Shown here one piece after another: positions 18,946 through 29,041 of a stretch of DNA of 64,000 nt. Numbering within the stretch: the stretch's first letter is position 1; each line of letters opens with the position of its first letter. The notes beneath the pieces were generated by a model. That model worked only from the letters and a program-made list of their open reading frames with translations, had not been told where the DNA came from and did no database searches. Position numbers and translations under genes: made by a program. This DNA is from a virus: positions 10,542 to 74,541 of the IMG/VR virus record IMGVR_UViG_3300049216_000035; one strand, given 5' to 3'.

Positions 18946-20273
18946 GATGCAGCGTCATAGCCGTAAGTAGAGACGATACCTTCCGTGAAATCTCGCACCT
19001 CGAAATGTTGTCCTTGATATAAAGCCGCGCCTTCGACTATATGAATGGGATGAATCTGGTGCTTAGATTCGCCACCGAAATCGATCCACTCGAAGTGGAT
19101 GATCCCCTGGAGCCAGTTCGTGCGCGCCTGATCGGACGGCACGGAGGTCTGCATGAGGCGACGCTTGCTCGTCGTGGCGTCTGTCCGGCAGAGGCAGCCA
19201 GTATCATAAGTCAAGTATTCTCGACGCCCCGCGCTTGAATGGACGACGTGGGTCGTAGCCTGTCCTAACTTATGCAAATGGCCGTGAATAACATTAGCCG
19301 CAAACTCTTTGGCCTTCGGCGGGGCGTGCATCAGCGCGAGGTCGTCCAGGACGTAGTACGCGCCGCCCGGATACTGACCTGAGAACTCGATCCCTAGCTC
19401 GTCGTAGCGGAGCAAGAACTGCTCGCTGAAGACAGGCCATTCGGTTGGGTCGCCCGGACGTTTTGCTCGCGTAAGGCCAAGCGATTCGCGGTTGTATTCG
19501 AGGAGGAAGACTTCCGGCCGGATCGCGTGGTTCGAGCCAATCTCGACCTTCTTCGCGCTCGACGGGGCAGCAGCGACAAAGCGCGCCTTCCACTCGTAGC
19601 CCGCTTGGATCGACGGTTGCGCGATCCCGAAGAATTCGGGGCGCTTCTGCCAGCGACTAATCCAAGAGAAGTCCACCCAGTCGCCGATGAAGCCCATGAA
19701 CTCCGGCTGGATGGAACCGATGATCTGCCGAGTCACTTCCATCGCCATCGGATCGTGGATCGGTTCGACCTCACCACTCTCAATGTCGCGTAGGTAGCCA
19801 ATCTGCGCGTCGCTAATGATAATGCCCTGATGGACCTTACGCATGATGCGCGGCGCGTCGTTGTATACAATCGTCGTCGGAGTAGCTGGCTGGACGAGCG
19901 GAAACTCGGGCGACGGGGGTATGATCCGCATCGCCTTCTTATAGAGGCCATGCTCCTCCCACTCACCGTCCTTGTTCTTGATACCGCCGCCCCACTCCGA
20001 AATATCGACGTGCTTGACGGTGCCGATGGACTCGACATCAATTGAGTTGTTGTCGATCAGTTCTTGAAGGCGGTTCGTCCGTTCGGGAATTGACCTTTCA
20101 AAAACAGTCGGGCGATTCGATGTGCCCGCGAGCCGGATGCGAGCGATGCGCTTCCGCACTTGAGACGCAGAAAGGCCCACGACCTTTGCGGTCTGGGCAG
20201 CATCTTGTTCCAATGCAGTGTATGTTTTAAGAAGCTCGGCATCGCTAACGATGTAGCTCGGAGTCAAGTCCAA
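18942..20273 (-). CDS. Calcineurin-like metallophosphoesterase with N-terminal HTH
   Basis: ISDAQIG, GDWVD, SNH, HGHLH. Confidence 0.75.
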   Translation of the reverse strand: MDLTPSYIVSDAELLKTYTALEQDAAQTAKVVGLSASQVRKRIARIRLAGTSNRPTVFERSIPERTNRLQELIDNNSIDVESIGTVKHVDISEWGGGIKNKDGEWEEHGLYKKAMRIIPPSPEFPLVQPATPTTIVYNDAPRIMRKVHQGIIISDAQIGYLRDIESGEVEPIHDPMAMEVTRQIIGSIQPEFMGFIGDWVDFSWISRWQKRPEFFGIAQPSIQAGYEWKARFVAAAPSSAKKVEIGSNHAIRPEVFLLEYNRESLGLTRAKRPGDPTEWPVFSEQFLLRYDELGIEFSGQYPGGAYYVLDDLALMHAPPKAKEFAANVIHGHLHKLGQATTHVVHSSAGRREYLTYDTGCLCRTDATTSKRRLMQTSVPSDQARTNWLQGIIHFEWIDFGGESKHQIHPIHIVEGAALYQGQHFEVRDFTEGIVSTYGYDAAS

Positions 20274-20287
20274 GGTATTTCTAGCCT

Positions 20288-20569
20288 TTACTTAGCGGGG
20301 TTAGTCGGCGCGGGGGGCGTGACCGGAGCGTTCGTTGAGGCCGAACGCGGATTCACGACCGACGAGACATAGTTGTGGAACAGGCCCACACCAATGACAT
20401 ACGCGACTGCAGCGACTGGGTGCGCCGTCAAGTACGCCTGAGTTCCGCCAGTCGGGTTCGTGAGAACCGTATCGACTGAATTAGCCGCCGCAGCCAAGGC
20501 TGCGCCAGCGATCTGCGAAAACAGAGTCTTGAGAAAAGGGTTACTGCCAATAGAGTTCCAGATAGACAC
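20288..20569 (-). CDS. Holin-like membrane protein
   Basis: Two hydrophobic helices, downstream of the endolysin. Confidence 0.5.
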   Translation of the reverse strand: MSIWNSIGSNPFLKTLFSQIAGAALAAAANSVDTVLTNPTGGTQAYLTAHPVAAVAYVIGVGLFHNYVSSVVNPRSASTNAPVTPPAPTNPAK

Positions 20570-20583
20570 GGAAAGTCCTTCCT

Positions 20584-20814
20584 TTACTCCCTTAGTGTAT
20601 CAGGAACCGTGGAGACAAGGGTAGTCTCGGCGGCGTCAAACCGGACTTGACTTAGCAGAAGACCAGAGAACAGTCCCGAAAAGTAGACTAGCGCCAGAGT
20701 CGTACCAATCTGGACCCACTCGTGACGGGTGAAGTGGTGGAACTGATCCACGATGATCGCTGCACCCACGAGCAGCAGAATGATAATCCCGAGGACCGCG
20801 CGCTGAATCCCTAC
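20584..20814 (-). CDS. Two-TM membrane protein (start uncertain)
   Basis: AVLGIIILLLVGAAII and IGTTLALVYFSGLFSGLLL in the C-terminal part of ORF 20584-21177. Confidence 0.4.
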   Translation of the reverse strand, partial: VGIQRAVLGIIILLLVGAAIIVDQFHHFTRHEWVQIGTTLALVYFSGLFSGLLLSQVRFDAAETTLVSTVPDTLRE

Positions 20815-21122
20815 CAGTCGTCGCTGGGCGATACGGGTGGGGGCGTCTCCGTAGGCGGTTTGGATGAAGACGGGTTCCGATTGTCCAGGTCGAATCGGAT
20901 CGGGAAGAGTCTGCTTTTGACTTCCAGACTGATGCGTAGGCCCTGGAGCAGCGAGAGCCAACTGCCGTTCCCGAGGACGCTGACCCCAATCATCAAACCG
21001 AAAAGTTTCAATAGCACTGGCCTGTCCGCGTGTTCCCATATCGTCTCGTAGAGAACGCCGCCGATTCCAACCACTTGAGCTAGAATCAGCACCCACTGAC
21101 GCACCAAAGTTATGAGTGCCAT
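20811..21122 (-). CDS. Holin-like membrane protein
   Basis: Two TM helices directly after the amidase. Confidence 0.5.
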   Translation of the reverse strand: MALITLVRQWVLILAQVVGIGGVLYETIWEHADRPVLLKLFGLMIGVSVLGNGSWLSLLQGLRISLEVKSRLFPIRFDLDNRNPSSSKPPTETPPPVSPSDDW

Positions 21123-21160
21123 TAGCCCATCCCAGGACGGTAGAAAGTGAAAGCATACAC

Positions 21161-21865
21161 TTATCCTTGAAGTGCAAGTTTGTAAGAGCGGATTAGAGTG
21201 CGGAGCGCGTTTCCGCAGATCGTCGCCGAGTCAGCCGTCACTGGTCCCGGTACGAACGCTGCGAGGTCCCAACGCTCTACATCGCCTATGGGAGACGGAC
21301 CATAGGGCGTATATGCGGCTGGCGTACCCGGAAGGTTCGCAGCCTCGGCGTGAGTCAGCACGTTGACTTCGCCGTAGAACGGGTCAGTATCTAATGATAA
21401 TCCCGAGATGTCGATGCCGTACTTCGTCGCGACCGCAGCCGCCGCAGCGCAAAGCCACGTCAGCCCTTCGACCGTTACGCCGTCCGGGCCAAAGTTGTCT
21501 GCCGTTGCGCCGTCCATGCCATCGAGCGCGATCCCGACACCGCCCGTATTGCGGTGATAGGTATGTTCGGCGTAGCCGTTAGAATCGAACGTGGATCGGG
21601 CGTTCTTGCGAACGTCCGTTGAATGATTGATCGCGTAGTGGCCGTTCGATTCCGTTATGACGAAGTTGTAGGCCGCATCGACGCAGCCCATCGCCTGGAC
21701 TGACCAGTGCAAGTAGATGCGCGTCAGATCGGGATCGGCGTAGTCTACGTTGGATCGATTCCCCATGTTCACATCGGGGAGCGTAGCCATGAACGCCTTC
21801 GCCGCTGCGAGGATCGCAGGATCGACGGGGGCTTTCGGATCGAACGCCCCTAATGGAAAACTCAT
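21161..21865 (-). CDS. Endolysin, N-acetylmuramoyl-L-alanine amidase-like
   Basis: IYLHWS, HTYHRNTGGVGIA, LTHAEAA: zinc-amidase pattern. Confidence 0.75.
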   Translation of the reverse strand: MSFPLGAFDPKAPVDPAILAAAKAFMATLPDVNMGNRSNVDYADPDLTRIYLHWSVQAMGCVDAAYNFVITESNGHYAINHSTDVRKNARSTFDSNGYAEHTYHRNTGGVGIALDGMDGATADNFGPDGVTVEGLTWLCAAAAAVATKYGIDISGLSLDTDPFYGEVNVLTHAEAANLPGTPAAYTPYGPSPIGDVERWDLAAFVPGPVTADSATICGNALRTLIRSYKLALQG

Positions 21866-22398
21866 GCCGCCAACCTCGCTTTGACGGATTCACTGATCCG
21901 CGCTCGCGTTACGTCTGAAACGGCATGACCTTTCAGAGTCGCTGCGATCCTGGCACGGTATTCTGGAGTGCTGCGTTTGCGAGCGGCTTCGGCCATTCTC
22001 TCACGGGTTTCCGCAGACTTAGGTCGGCGCGATGACGGCTTCGATACTCCGCGTTGGGCAAGTGCGATCTTCGCACGGCGCTCGGCGGGCATCGGGCCGT
22101 GCTTTACCCCGAGGCAATTTCCGGCTATCTTCGCCTCGTTGAACGCGGGCCGGAGTGTGTCCAAGAATAACTGCTCACGCGCCAGTAGGTCGGGACTTGC
22201 ACACGTCTCAAGAATGACAAAGCCGAACGCATCGGGACCATACTTGTCCCAGGCGCGTTGGAGGAACGCCGAGTGATGAAGCCCCTTACGCAGATCGCGC
22301 TTATGCCGCAGCCAGCGATCTTCGACGCTAACGCTCGATCCGACGTACTGCCGACCTGTTGCGAGATGCTGTATCGCGTAAATGCCGCTAGTTTTCAT
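21862..22398 (-). CDS. GIY-YIG homing endonuclease with NUMOD3-like repeats
   Basis: GIYAIQH...QYVGSS...RW..H; REQ; SAETRERM-type repeats. Confidence 0.9.
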   Translation of the reverse strand: MKTSGIYAIQHLATGRQYVGSSVSVEDRWLRHKRDLRKGLHHSAFLQRAWDKYGPDAFGFVILETCASPDLLAREQLFLDTLRPAFNEAKIAGNCLGVKHGPMPAERRAKIALAQRGVSKPSSRRPKSAETRERMAEAARKRSTPEYRARIAATLKGHAVSDVTRARISESVKARLAA

Positions 22399-22400
22399 AT

Positions 22401-22925
22401 CTAGGGCCACACAACGTCCAATTTGACGACTCCGCCCTGGGCCTGAACCCATTTAACGAAAGGTACAAAGATTTGTTCATTGTCGTGGTTTTGCAGGCGC
22501 AAGCAACCGAATGTGTACTCAAACCCTTGGTACATCGCGAACGGGTCGGGAAGATCGGAGCCGCCCCCGTGGATGCCGATACCGCCGCGTCCGTGGATCG
22601 CGAACGAGTGCTGATCGGAATCACCGAGCGGGGTGAACCAGCAGCCGTAGGCCGGATCGTCGCTGTTGTTGAGATGGACCTGCCCGTCCGTAAGGCGCGT
22701 AGCGCACGGTTCCGGGGCCATGACGGCGTAGTTCGTGCCCGGCGGGCACTTGCAGTCGTGGCCGTAGACATCCTCGCCCTGGGTGATCGTAGAGTCGTCT
22801 ACGCCCACGTCATGGCAAGGGACAGTATGAAGCAGACCGTCCGGCTTCCCGAGGGCGGCCGCTCCCTTGATGAACATCTTCAAGACGCGCGAAGCGCCGT
22901 TGAACACCAAGTGTCCTTCGATCAT
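22401..22925 (-). CDS. L,D-transpeptidase (YkuD-like) domain protein
   Basis: GIGIHGG...TFGCLRL His/Cys catalytic motif. Confidence 0.75.
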   Translation of the reverse strand: MIEGHLVFNGASRVLKMFIKGAAALGKPDGLLHTVPCHDVGVDDSTITQGEDVYGHDCKCPPGTNYAVMAPEPCATRLTDGQVHLNNSDDPAYGCWFTPLGDSDQHSFAIHGRGGIGIHGGGSDLPDPFAMYQGFEYTFGCLRLQNHDNEQIFVPFVKWVQAQGGVVKLDVVWP

Positions 22926-22997
22926 ACTATCTCTTGATTTGAAAACTAGAGTGAGGCGGTACTCTTAGTCTACCATCAAGAGAGAGTCAAGTGTTAG

Positions 22998-25900
22998 CTA
23001 AACACTCCACAGGCGGGGTGTTCCGTCTCCGGCGACTTTTCGATCAGTATCAATAGTATAGCGGAGGTCTTTGATCTGTACGATATTCGAATCGGTGAAT
23101 AGGCCAATGCCCATTCCCTCGGTAGTGAAATTGAGAGATAGTGGTCCGCATAGAGTAGAGTACCCGTTGTAACTTAGGTACATCAATACCGTCCCATCGC
23201 CGCAATCTGTCAAGGTGATGCGAAAGTAAACGTACTGATTTGAAGACGGCGGATACTGAGTATCGTCATTAACGGAGTTTGTGTATGTCGCGGTACCGCT
23301 CGTAGGGTCTCCGGTATATGTATAAAATACGTCGGCTCCGGTACCAGAATCGCTTCTACCAATTACGATAACGCCGCCAGTCGAGTTACCCATTAAAAGA
23401 CCAAAGGCACCCGTTCCGCTGTTGGACTTCATCCAGCCATCCATTACGACTGTTGCGCCGACGGCATATGCGGCGGTTTGATCTGCGAAGATGGCTCTTA
23501 TCCCGCCAGAAGTGGTTCCGGGCGTAACGATGTACGTTCCATCGCTTTGCAGTACAGAAGACGTAGCGTGGGTGTTGAACGTAAGCGGTGTTGAAGTTAT
23601 TCCGCCACCACCGCCCCCGCCCGCCGCTTTAAGGTCAATGTGACCAGCCGACGGAGTGATCGTTACCGAACTGTCTGACGATCCGAGTGTGATCGCACCC
23701 GTTTCGCCTGCAAGCGAAGTAACGCCCCCGCCCCCACCACCGCCTGCGACTTCGAGAGTGATATTGCTACCGCTGGACCCAATGGTAACGGAACTATCGG
23801 GCGACGTAATGGAAACCGCACCAGTCTTGGAGTTAATTGAGCTAACGCCGCCACCGCCACCTGCCGCTTCAAGGTGAATGACGCCGCCGGACTCAGAGAT
23901 CGTAACGCTAGAGTCGGGAGAATTGAATGTAACGGCTCCCGTCGCACCCTGTACGCTCTTGACGGCCGCTTCAAGGTGAATGTCCGAGCCGGACGGCGTG
24001 ACCGAAATCGAAGAGTCGGGCGAGTCAATAGTCAGCGCGCCCGCTTCACCGTTGACGGACTTGACGCCGTTGTTCTCGATGTTTATGTCGGTGCCGGAAG
24101 CCGTGACCGTAAGCGAGCCGTCCGTCGATTCAATCGTCAGATCGCCCGTAAGTCCATTAAGCTCACCAACGCCACCACCTACTGCTTCTAGATGGATCGT
24201 ATCCCCGGTCGAAGTGATCGCTATCGACGAGTCGGGCGAGTCGAGTACAACTGCACCAGTCTTCCCCTGGAGGCTAGAAACGCCCGCGCTCGCTCCCGTC
24301 ACGGACAAATTGATACTTTCGCCCGTCACGGTAATATCTACCGAAGAGTCAGTAGACTCAATCGTGACATCCCCTTTAAGGGTGTTGAGGCTCGTAACAG
24401 CGACGTCAGTCAACGCGCCACTTTGAAGGGCAGATGACGGGATGCTACCCGGTTGGTAATTATTCTTCCCGATACCGCCCTGAACGCGCAGGTCTTTGTT
24501 TCCGATGATGCTGCCGTTTTGAACACTGAAGCGCCAACCGGGAATGACGCCATTGTCATACGCCGGAGGCAGCCCCTTTACTACCTGGAGGCCAGGACCG
24601 CTCGGGCCCGTTCCAAACGATTCGTTTTGATTCTGGGCAAAGACGACGTGGTACGTCCCGTCGCCTGATTCTAAACTCGAACTGTCCTTCAACGGCAGCG
24701 TGATGTTACTGCCGCCCGTCGATACCGTCGTCGTGCCGCCGTAGAATACGCCCGTCGGGGGCGTAAAGGTAACGGTCGGGGGCGTCGTGCTACTGTCGTT
24801 AGATACATAATCTAAGCCAGCCTGGAGGTATGTTTGCGATACCTTGGTCGAGTTCGCCGCCGCCGCTTGTTGCGATTGTTGTGTCGTCGCTGCGGCACCG
24901 ATAGCTGCGTAATATGCCTGGTCAATGTATGGGCGCGGCGCGGTGAACGAAACCTCTTGTTCGATGCGGTCCCCGTCTTCGGACTGGCCGAAAGACGTTA
25001 CGACCTGAATTACGCGCACTTGCTTGACGTTTTGAGGGTGCGTCGTAGAGATTTCGTTTGTACCGATGATAAAGGTTTCGCCCGTATCTTGAATACCCGG
25101 TTCCATGATCTGGAGCCACTGACCGGATCGCATTTGATCGGTCGGCGCGAACTTCTTGAACGTCCCTTGCGGCTGAGGGTAGCCGTTCATAATCAGGTAC
25201 GCGGTCGCGTAGTTCGAAAGCGAAGCGGTTGAAATCAGGCTCGTGTCCGTAACCTGCTTTTGACGCAGCCCGTAAAGACTGATCGACGTCGAGTCCTTGA
25301 ACGGCCCGTAGACCGTCAGTCCAGTCGTTGGGTCTTGTCCGCCGTATAGCGCGATTTGATTTGCGAGGTCCGCCGCTGAGTTCTGGATCGAGTAGTCGTA
25401 CATCGTGGAGTTTTTGTACTCCGGGAAATACGCTGATGCGATCTTACGCGCGGGCGTATAATACGACTCCGTTACGAGTGCGGGGTCTTGTTGGGGCTGA
25501 ATGATAAGTTGCGGCAGTCCGTAACGGGTGCCACGCACCCACCATTCGTACAGGTTTCCACTTTCGTTCAGGACTTGCTTTACAACGGTATCAATACATT
25601 GATCTAACCCCGTACCGTCGAAACTGATCGCATCCAAACCGATAGGCATCGAAGCGACGAAGCTCGTCCCGAAATGTTCAGAGTCGAGATATGTCGTGAT
25701 GAGGTGAAGGAGATACTCGTCCGCGTATTCGATCCCGTTATCGACGCCATTTGACTGTACGCCAGGGGATAGCGTTTCCGTGACAATCGCACGGGACATG
25801 AACGTAGACCAGCCGTCCGTAATAACGGTAATCGAATCATGGTCGTACTCGTCATCGTCTTGGGTTTGATCGAACTCTGAAACGTAGCCGTCGTACCACG

Positions 25901-26285
25901 GATCAATAGAATCGTTCAAATAGAATTGAACACGGTAATCGTAGTTTATCCAGCCCACATCTACGAAGTTACGCGGAACCTGGAAGGTGCCAGAACTAGA
26001 GCCGCCGTTGACAATATCCGTGAACGACCCTTGCAGCGCATCCACGATAACGGTGATTAATTGTCCCGACGTGTTGAAGACGTAGATTGCGTAGGTTACA
26101 TAGTCACCCTGCACGCCGAGATTGTCCAGGACTTCTTTGACAATATCGAGTGTGGGGCGCGCTGGGCTCGTGCGGGTGAACTGCGACGCTTTTGCAGTAA
26201 AGACGGAGGTTGTCGTTTGGCTTCTTGAATACTGACCCGCAAGGACAATAACTTCGTCAGGTTGAGGCGTAATAGGCGTTGGCAA
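22998..26285 (-). CDS. Minor tail / fiber protein with internal repeats
   Basis: Downstream of the Dit-like gene; hub-like N-terminus, ~35-aa 'VxSLxGxTGAVxxxSxDSS' repeats, beta-rich C-terminus. Confidence 0.8.
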   Translation of the reverse strand: MPTPITPQPDEVIVLAGQYSRSQTTTSVFTAKASQFTRTSPARPTLDIVKEVLDNLGVQGDYVTYAIYVFNTSGQLITVIVDALQGSFTDIVNGGSSSGTFQVPRNFVDVGWINYDYRVQFYLNDSIDPWYDGYVSEFDQTQDDDEYDHDSITVITDGWSTFMSRAIVTETLSPGVQSNGVDNGIEYADEYLLHLITTYLDSEHFGTSFVASMPIGLDAISFDGTGLDQCIDTVVKQVLNESGNLYEWWVRGTRYGLPQLIIQPQQDPALVTESYYTPARKIASAYFPEYKNSTMYDYSIQNSAADLANQIALYGGQDPTTGLTVYGPFKDSTSISLYGLRQKQVTDTSLISTASLSNYATAYLIMNGYPQPQGTFKKFAPTDQMRSGQWLQIMEPGIQDTGETFIIGTNEISTTHPQNVKQVRVIQVVTSFGQSEDGDRIEQEVSFTAPRPYIDQAYYAAIGAAATTQQSQQAAAANSTKVSQTYLQAGLDYVSNDSSTTPPTVTFTPPTGVFYGGTTTVSTGGSNITLPLKDSSSLESGDGTYHVVFAQNQNESFGTGPSGPGLQVVKGLPPAYDNGVIPGWRFSVQNGSIIGNKDLRVQGGIGKNNYQPGSIPSSALQSGALTDVAVTSLNTLKGDVTIESTDSSVDITVTGESINLSVTGASAGVSSLQGKTGAVVLDSPDSSIAITSTGDTIHLEAVGGGVGELNGLTGDLTIESTDGSLTVTASGTDINIENNGVKSVNGEAGALTIDSPDSSISVTPSGSDIHLEAAVKSVQGATGAVTFNSPDSSVTISESGGVIHLEAAGGGGGVSSINSKTGAVSITSPDSSVTIGSSGSNITLEVAGGGGGGGVTSLAGETGAITLGSSDSSVTITPSAGHIDLKAAGGGGGGGITSTPLTFNTHATSSVLQSDGTYIVTPGTTSGGIRAIFADQTAAYAVGATVVMDGWMKSNSGTGAFGLLMGNSTGGVIVIGRSDSGTGADVFYTYTGDPTSGTATYTNSVNDDTQYPPSSNQYVYFRITLTDCGDGTVLMYLSYNGYSTLCGPLSLNFTTEGMGIGLFTDSNIVQIKDLRYTIDTDRKVAGDGTPRLWSV

Positions 26286-26294
26286 AATATGACT

Positions 26295-27188
26295 CTATTC
26301 GTAACGCATCAAAATATGAGCACCCGCCGGATTAGACGGGGACTGTGCCGGATTTGACGTTAAGACCATGTAGTTATGATTGACCCCATCGTACATCGGA
26401 AGCGTTTGCGCGACGTAGGATGTGAAATCGGTTCCGAGATAACACGCGAAGTTCAGGCCCGGTACGCATGGATAGGTATTAAAGTAACCAGGGATCGCGA
26501 CACCAATCTTTGACCCGGTTGCCATCGTCGGCAGCACGCGATTTAATGCAAGCGGCCAGTACGGCTGTGCAGTTGAAAATGGACCTCCAGCGCTTGTCGC
26601 TGGTAGCATGCCGATATTAACGGAGGCTGTGTTAGCGCCGTTACTGCAGAACGCAAATAACAAACCCGCTGAAGAATCAGACCCGTCAAGATTCTTCGTT
26701 CGCTCGAAGCCCCATACGGCCGAATTGAAGACGTTCGGTCCGTCATTGTAGGCCATGCAGAATCTATTCGTATCACCAGAGAAATACGAATTGAGGCTCA
26801 CACCGAGCGTACCGGAACTCATGTACGCGCCCCAATTGTAAGTGTCGGTTAGTTGTGTCCCAGTAAAATTACCAGCGCCGTCCGTTGCCGTTCCGAACGT
26901 CACTCCGAGATTAGTCTGAGAGTTGTTATAACTGAAGGAAGCTGCCTGGTATTCTATTTTTATGAAAAACGGTGCAGTAGCCTGGAGGGAGTCCCCAAAC
27001 TTCCACATCTGATAGCCATAGCTTGTGGCGTCGCTCCACGTTAAAGACGACGGCGTGCATTGACCCGTGTCGCTAGTTTGAACGAGCCCTGCCGCCGCAA
27101 GCTGGTTTGCGATTGTGCTATAGACTGACTGAAGCTGCGCCGTATTACCGACGTTTGTAGGCAGGCTGATTTTGTGTGCAATACTCAT
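26295..27188 (-). CDS. Tail-associated protein (paralog A)
   Basis: 297 aa; shares SGDTNR, ERTK, PGL and HIxMRxE with the next gene. Confidence 0.7.
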   Translation of the reverse strand: MSIAHKISLPTNVGNTAQLQSVYSTIANQLAAAGLVQTSDTGQCTPSSLTWSDATSYGYQMWKFGDSLQATAPFFIKIEYQAASFSYNNSQTNLGVTFGTATDGAGNFTGTQLTDTYNWGAYMSSGTLGVSLNSYFSGDTNRFCMAYNDGPNVFNSAVWGFERTKNLDGSDSSAGLLFAFCSNGANTASVNIGMLPATSAGGPFSTAQPYWPLALNRVLPTMATGSKIGVAIPGYFNTYPCVPGLNFACYLGTDFTSYVAQTLPMYDGVNHNYMVLTSNPAQSPSNPAGAHILMRYE

Positions 27189-27192
27189 ATGA

Positions 27193-28086
27193 CTATTCCC
27201 AACGCATCATGATATGGGTCGCCGAGTTACCGCAGGGTCCGCCTGCATATCCACCCGCAGCCCCAAAACCACTATAGCCATTCTGTAACGGCAAGTATGT
27301 ATGCGACGCACCGTAGAGTTCAAACGATGTCGGAGTGTAAACCGGATAATCCGACCCGTAATAAAGAAGAACTCCAAGGCCGGGGTTATACGGAATGAAA
27401 TTGAAAGGTACGCACTGTAACGTACCGATATTCGTTTCGTTGTTGAGTGTGGAGGAGTTGTAGTTGAACTGCGTATTCCACACGGGCTGATAACCCGCAA
27501 CTGGGCCAGAGAACGGAAGGACCGTGCTTACGAGTCCCCCGGCCGGGCGCGTAACGTCGGAACTACCATCACCATCTCCTACGCAGGCTTGAATGATAAT
27601 CCCGTCGCCCGTGTCGTTGCCGCTTGCATCCTTCGTGCGTTCAATGTTCAGGAAATAGTATGCAAAAATATTCGGGCCTTCGAACAATGCGAGGCTTAGT
27701 CTGTTCGTATCGCCCGAGACGTAACAGTTCGAAATCTCACTATTGTCGTGCGATCTCGTTCCGTTTGATATTGCTTGCGGTAGACCCATGACTTGCCCCG
27801 CAGCGTTTGGGGCCGTACTAATAGTGAACGTATAGCCGAGGACGAATCCGGTCCCGCCGACGGCACCATAATCTATGCGTAAGTGAACGGGGTACGTTGC
27901 TTGGAGACTGTCGGCGAATGAAAATAACTCATAGCCATTGACTTGACCACCTGTCCAGTCTATCTGTCCGGCGGTCCCGTCCTTGGTAATTCCCACGCTC
28001 GTGATATTGGTCCCAATGCGCGAGTTGGTTGCCCATCGCGACGTTAGTGAGCAGTCGGCCCAGACCTGAAATGCTGAAGTAGACAT
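27193..28086 (-). CDS. Tail-associated protein (paralog B)
   Basis: 297 aa; paralog of 26295-27188. Confidence 0.7.
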   Translation of the reverse strand: MSTSAFQVWADCSLTSRWATNSRIGTNITSVGITKDGTAGQIDWTGGQVNGYELFSFADSLQATYPVHLRIDYGAVGGTGFVLGYTFTISTAPNAAGQVMGLPQAISNGTRSHDNSEISNCYVSGDTNRLSLALFEGPNIFAYYFLNIERTKDASGNDTGDGIIIQACVGDGDGSSDVTRPAGGLVSTVLPFSGPVAGYQPVWNTQFNYNSSTLNNETNIGTLQCVPFNFIPYNPGLGVLLYYGSDYPVYTPTSFELYGASHTYLPLQNGYSGFGAAGGYAGGPCGNSATHIMMRWE

Positions 28087-28090
28087 AATC

Positions 28091-29041
28091 CTATAGCCAA
28101 GTATTCAAGTAAGAGATAGAGACGCTGAAGTTTACGTTCGGATCGCCACCAACGCACCCAGCTTGAAGCGTCGTTGGCTCTGCGCCGGGGGAGATGAACG
28201 GGAAGAAGTACCGGAAATCCAAGTTATTTTGGAAATCGGACGGTTGAATATAGATCATACCATTTTGGGGCAGTGCACCGGACGGGGTGTAAACTGCGCC
28301 ACGCGAACGATATTCTGGGCGGGGATCGCACGTTACGACGAGGGTATCGCCGCCCTTGAGTGAGAGTTGCGAGAACGTAACGATAATGTGTTCGCCGCCG
28401 TAAGTACACTCAACATAGGGGCCGATTCCGCACACGACATTGGGCGCGGAAAGCCCCGTGAAGGTAAAGACCGGGAACGATAGAGTGTTTCCCTGGTGGG
28501 TTGCCGTTACGATGTACGGATCGAGCGTGCTTTCAATGTTAACGGGGCCGTAGCTCGTTGCGGTGATTCCGTAATAGCGAGGATCATCGGCGATAAACTT
28601 TAGATCGTAATCCGCATAACGAAATGCACCACCGTCCTGCTGCGGGTTGAAAGAGAACTCCGTCAGATATGCGTTCTGGTAGCGATCATAGCGGGTGAAT
28701 AACGAAGAGCGTCCTTGATTCTGTAGGGCGGCCAGTGCGGCGCGCTCGGTTTCAAGATCGTCCGCAGTCTGAAGGACGGTACCGCTAATCCCAATCATGC
28801 CGGAACCTACTGTCCCGGTCAGATTTATCTCTCGTGCTTTAACATTCGTCGCGGGCGGGATGTGGTCACCAATAAGCATCGGCACGCGCTTCTGGTCAAC
28901 ACCGAGCTTGATGTCACGCGATTTTTCTTGGAAGGTTAATGGAAATAGGTACGTCCCGAACGCAAACTGACGATACCCAATGAGGGGTACGCCTGGCGTC
29001 CAGGTTGACGGATCGACGTATTCAGGATCGTAGAAAGGCAT
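28091..29041 (-). CDS. Distal tail protein (Dit-like)
   Basis: Follows the tape measure gene; REINLTG, FIADDPRYYG, terminal 'YLNTWL'. Confidence 0.75.
   Translation of the reverse strand: MPFYDPEYVDPSTWTPGVPLIGYRQFAFGTYLFPLTFQEKSRDIKLGVDQKRVPMLIGDHIPPATNVKAREINLTGTVGSGMIGISGTVLQTADDLETERAALAALQNQGRSSLFTRYDRYQNAYLTEFSFNPQQDGGAFRYADYDLKFIADDPRYYGITATSYGPVNIESTLDPYIVTATHQGNTLSFPVFTFTGLSAPNVVCGIGPYVECTYGGEHIIVTFSQLSLKGGDTLVVTCDPRPEYRSRGAVYTPSGALPQNGMIYIQPSDFQNNLDFRYFFPFISPGAEPTTLQAGCVGGDPNVNFSVSISYLNTWL

Noticed and set aside
21862-22398. Group I intron splitting one lysin gene
   Set aside because: The flanking ORFs are complete and abut the endonuclease, leaving no room for a ribozyme core.
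22998-28086. Diversity-generating retroelement acting on tail genes
   Set aside because: No reverse transcriptase and no TR/VR pair differing only at adenines seen in the window.
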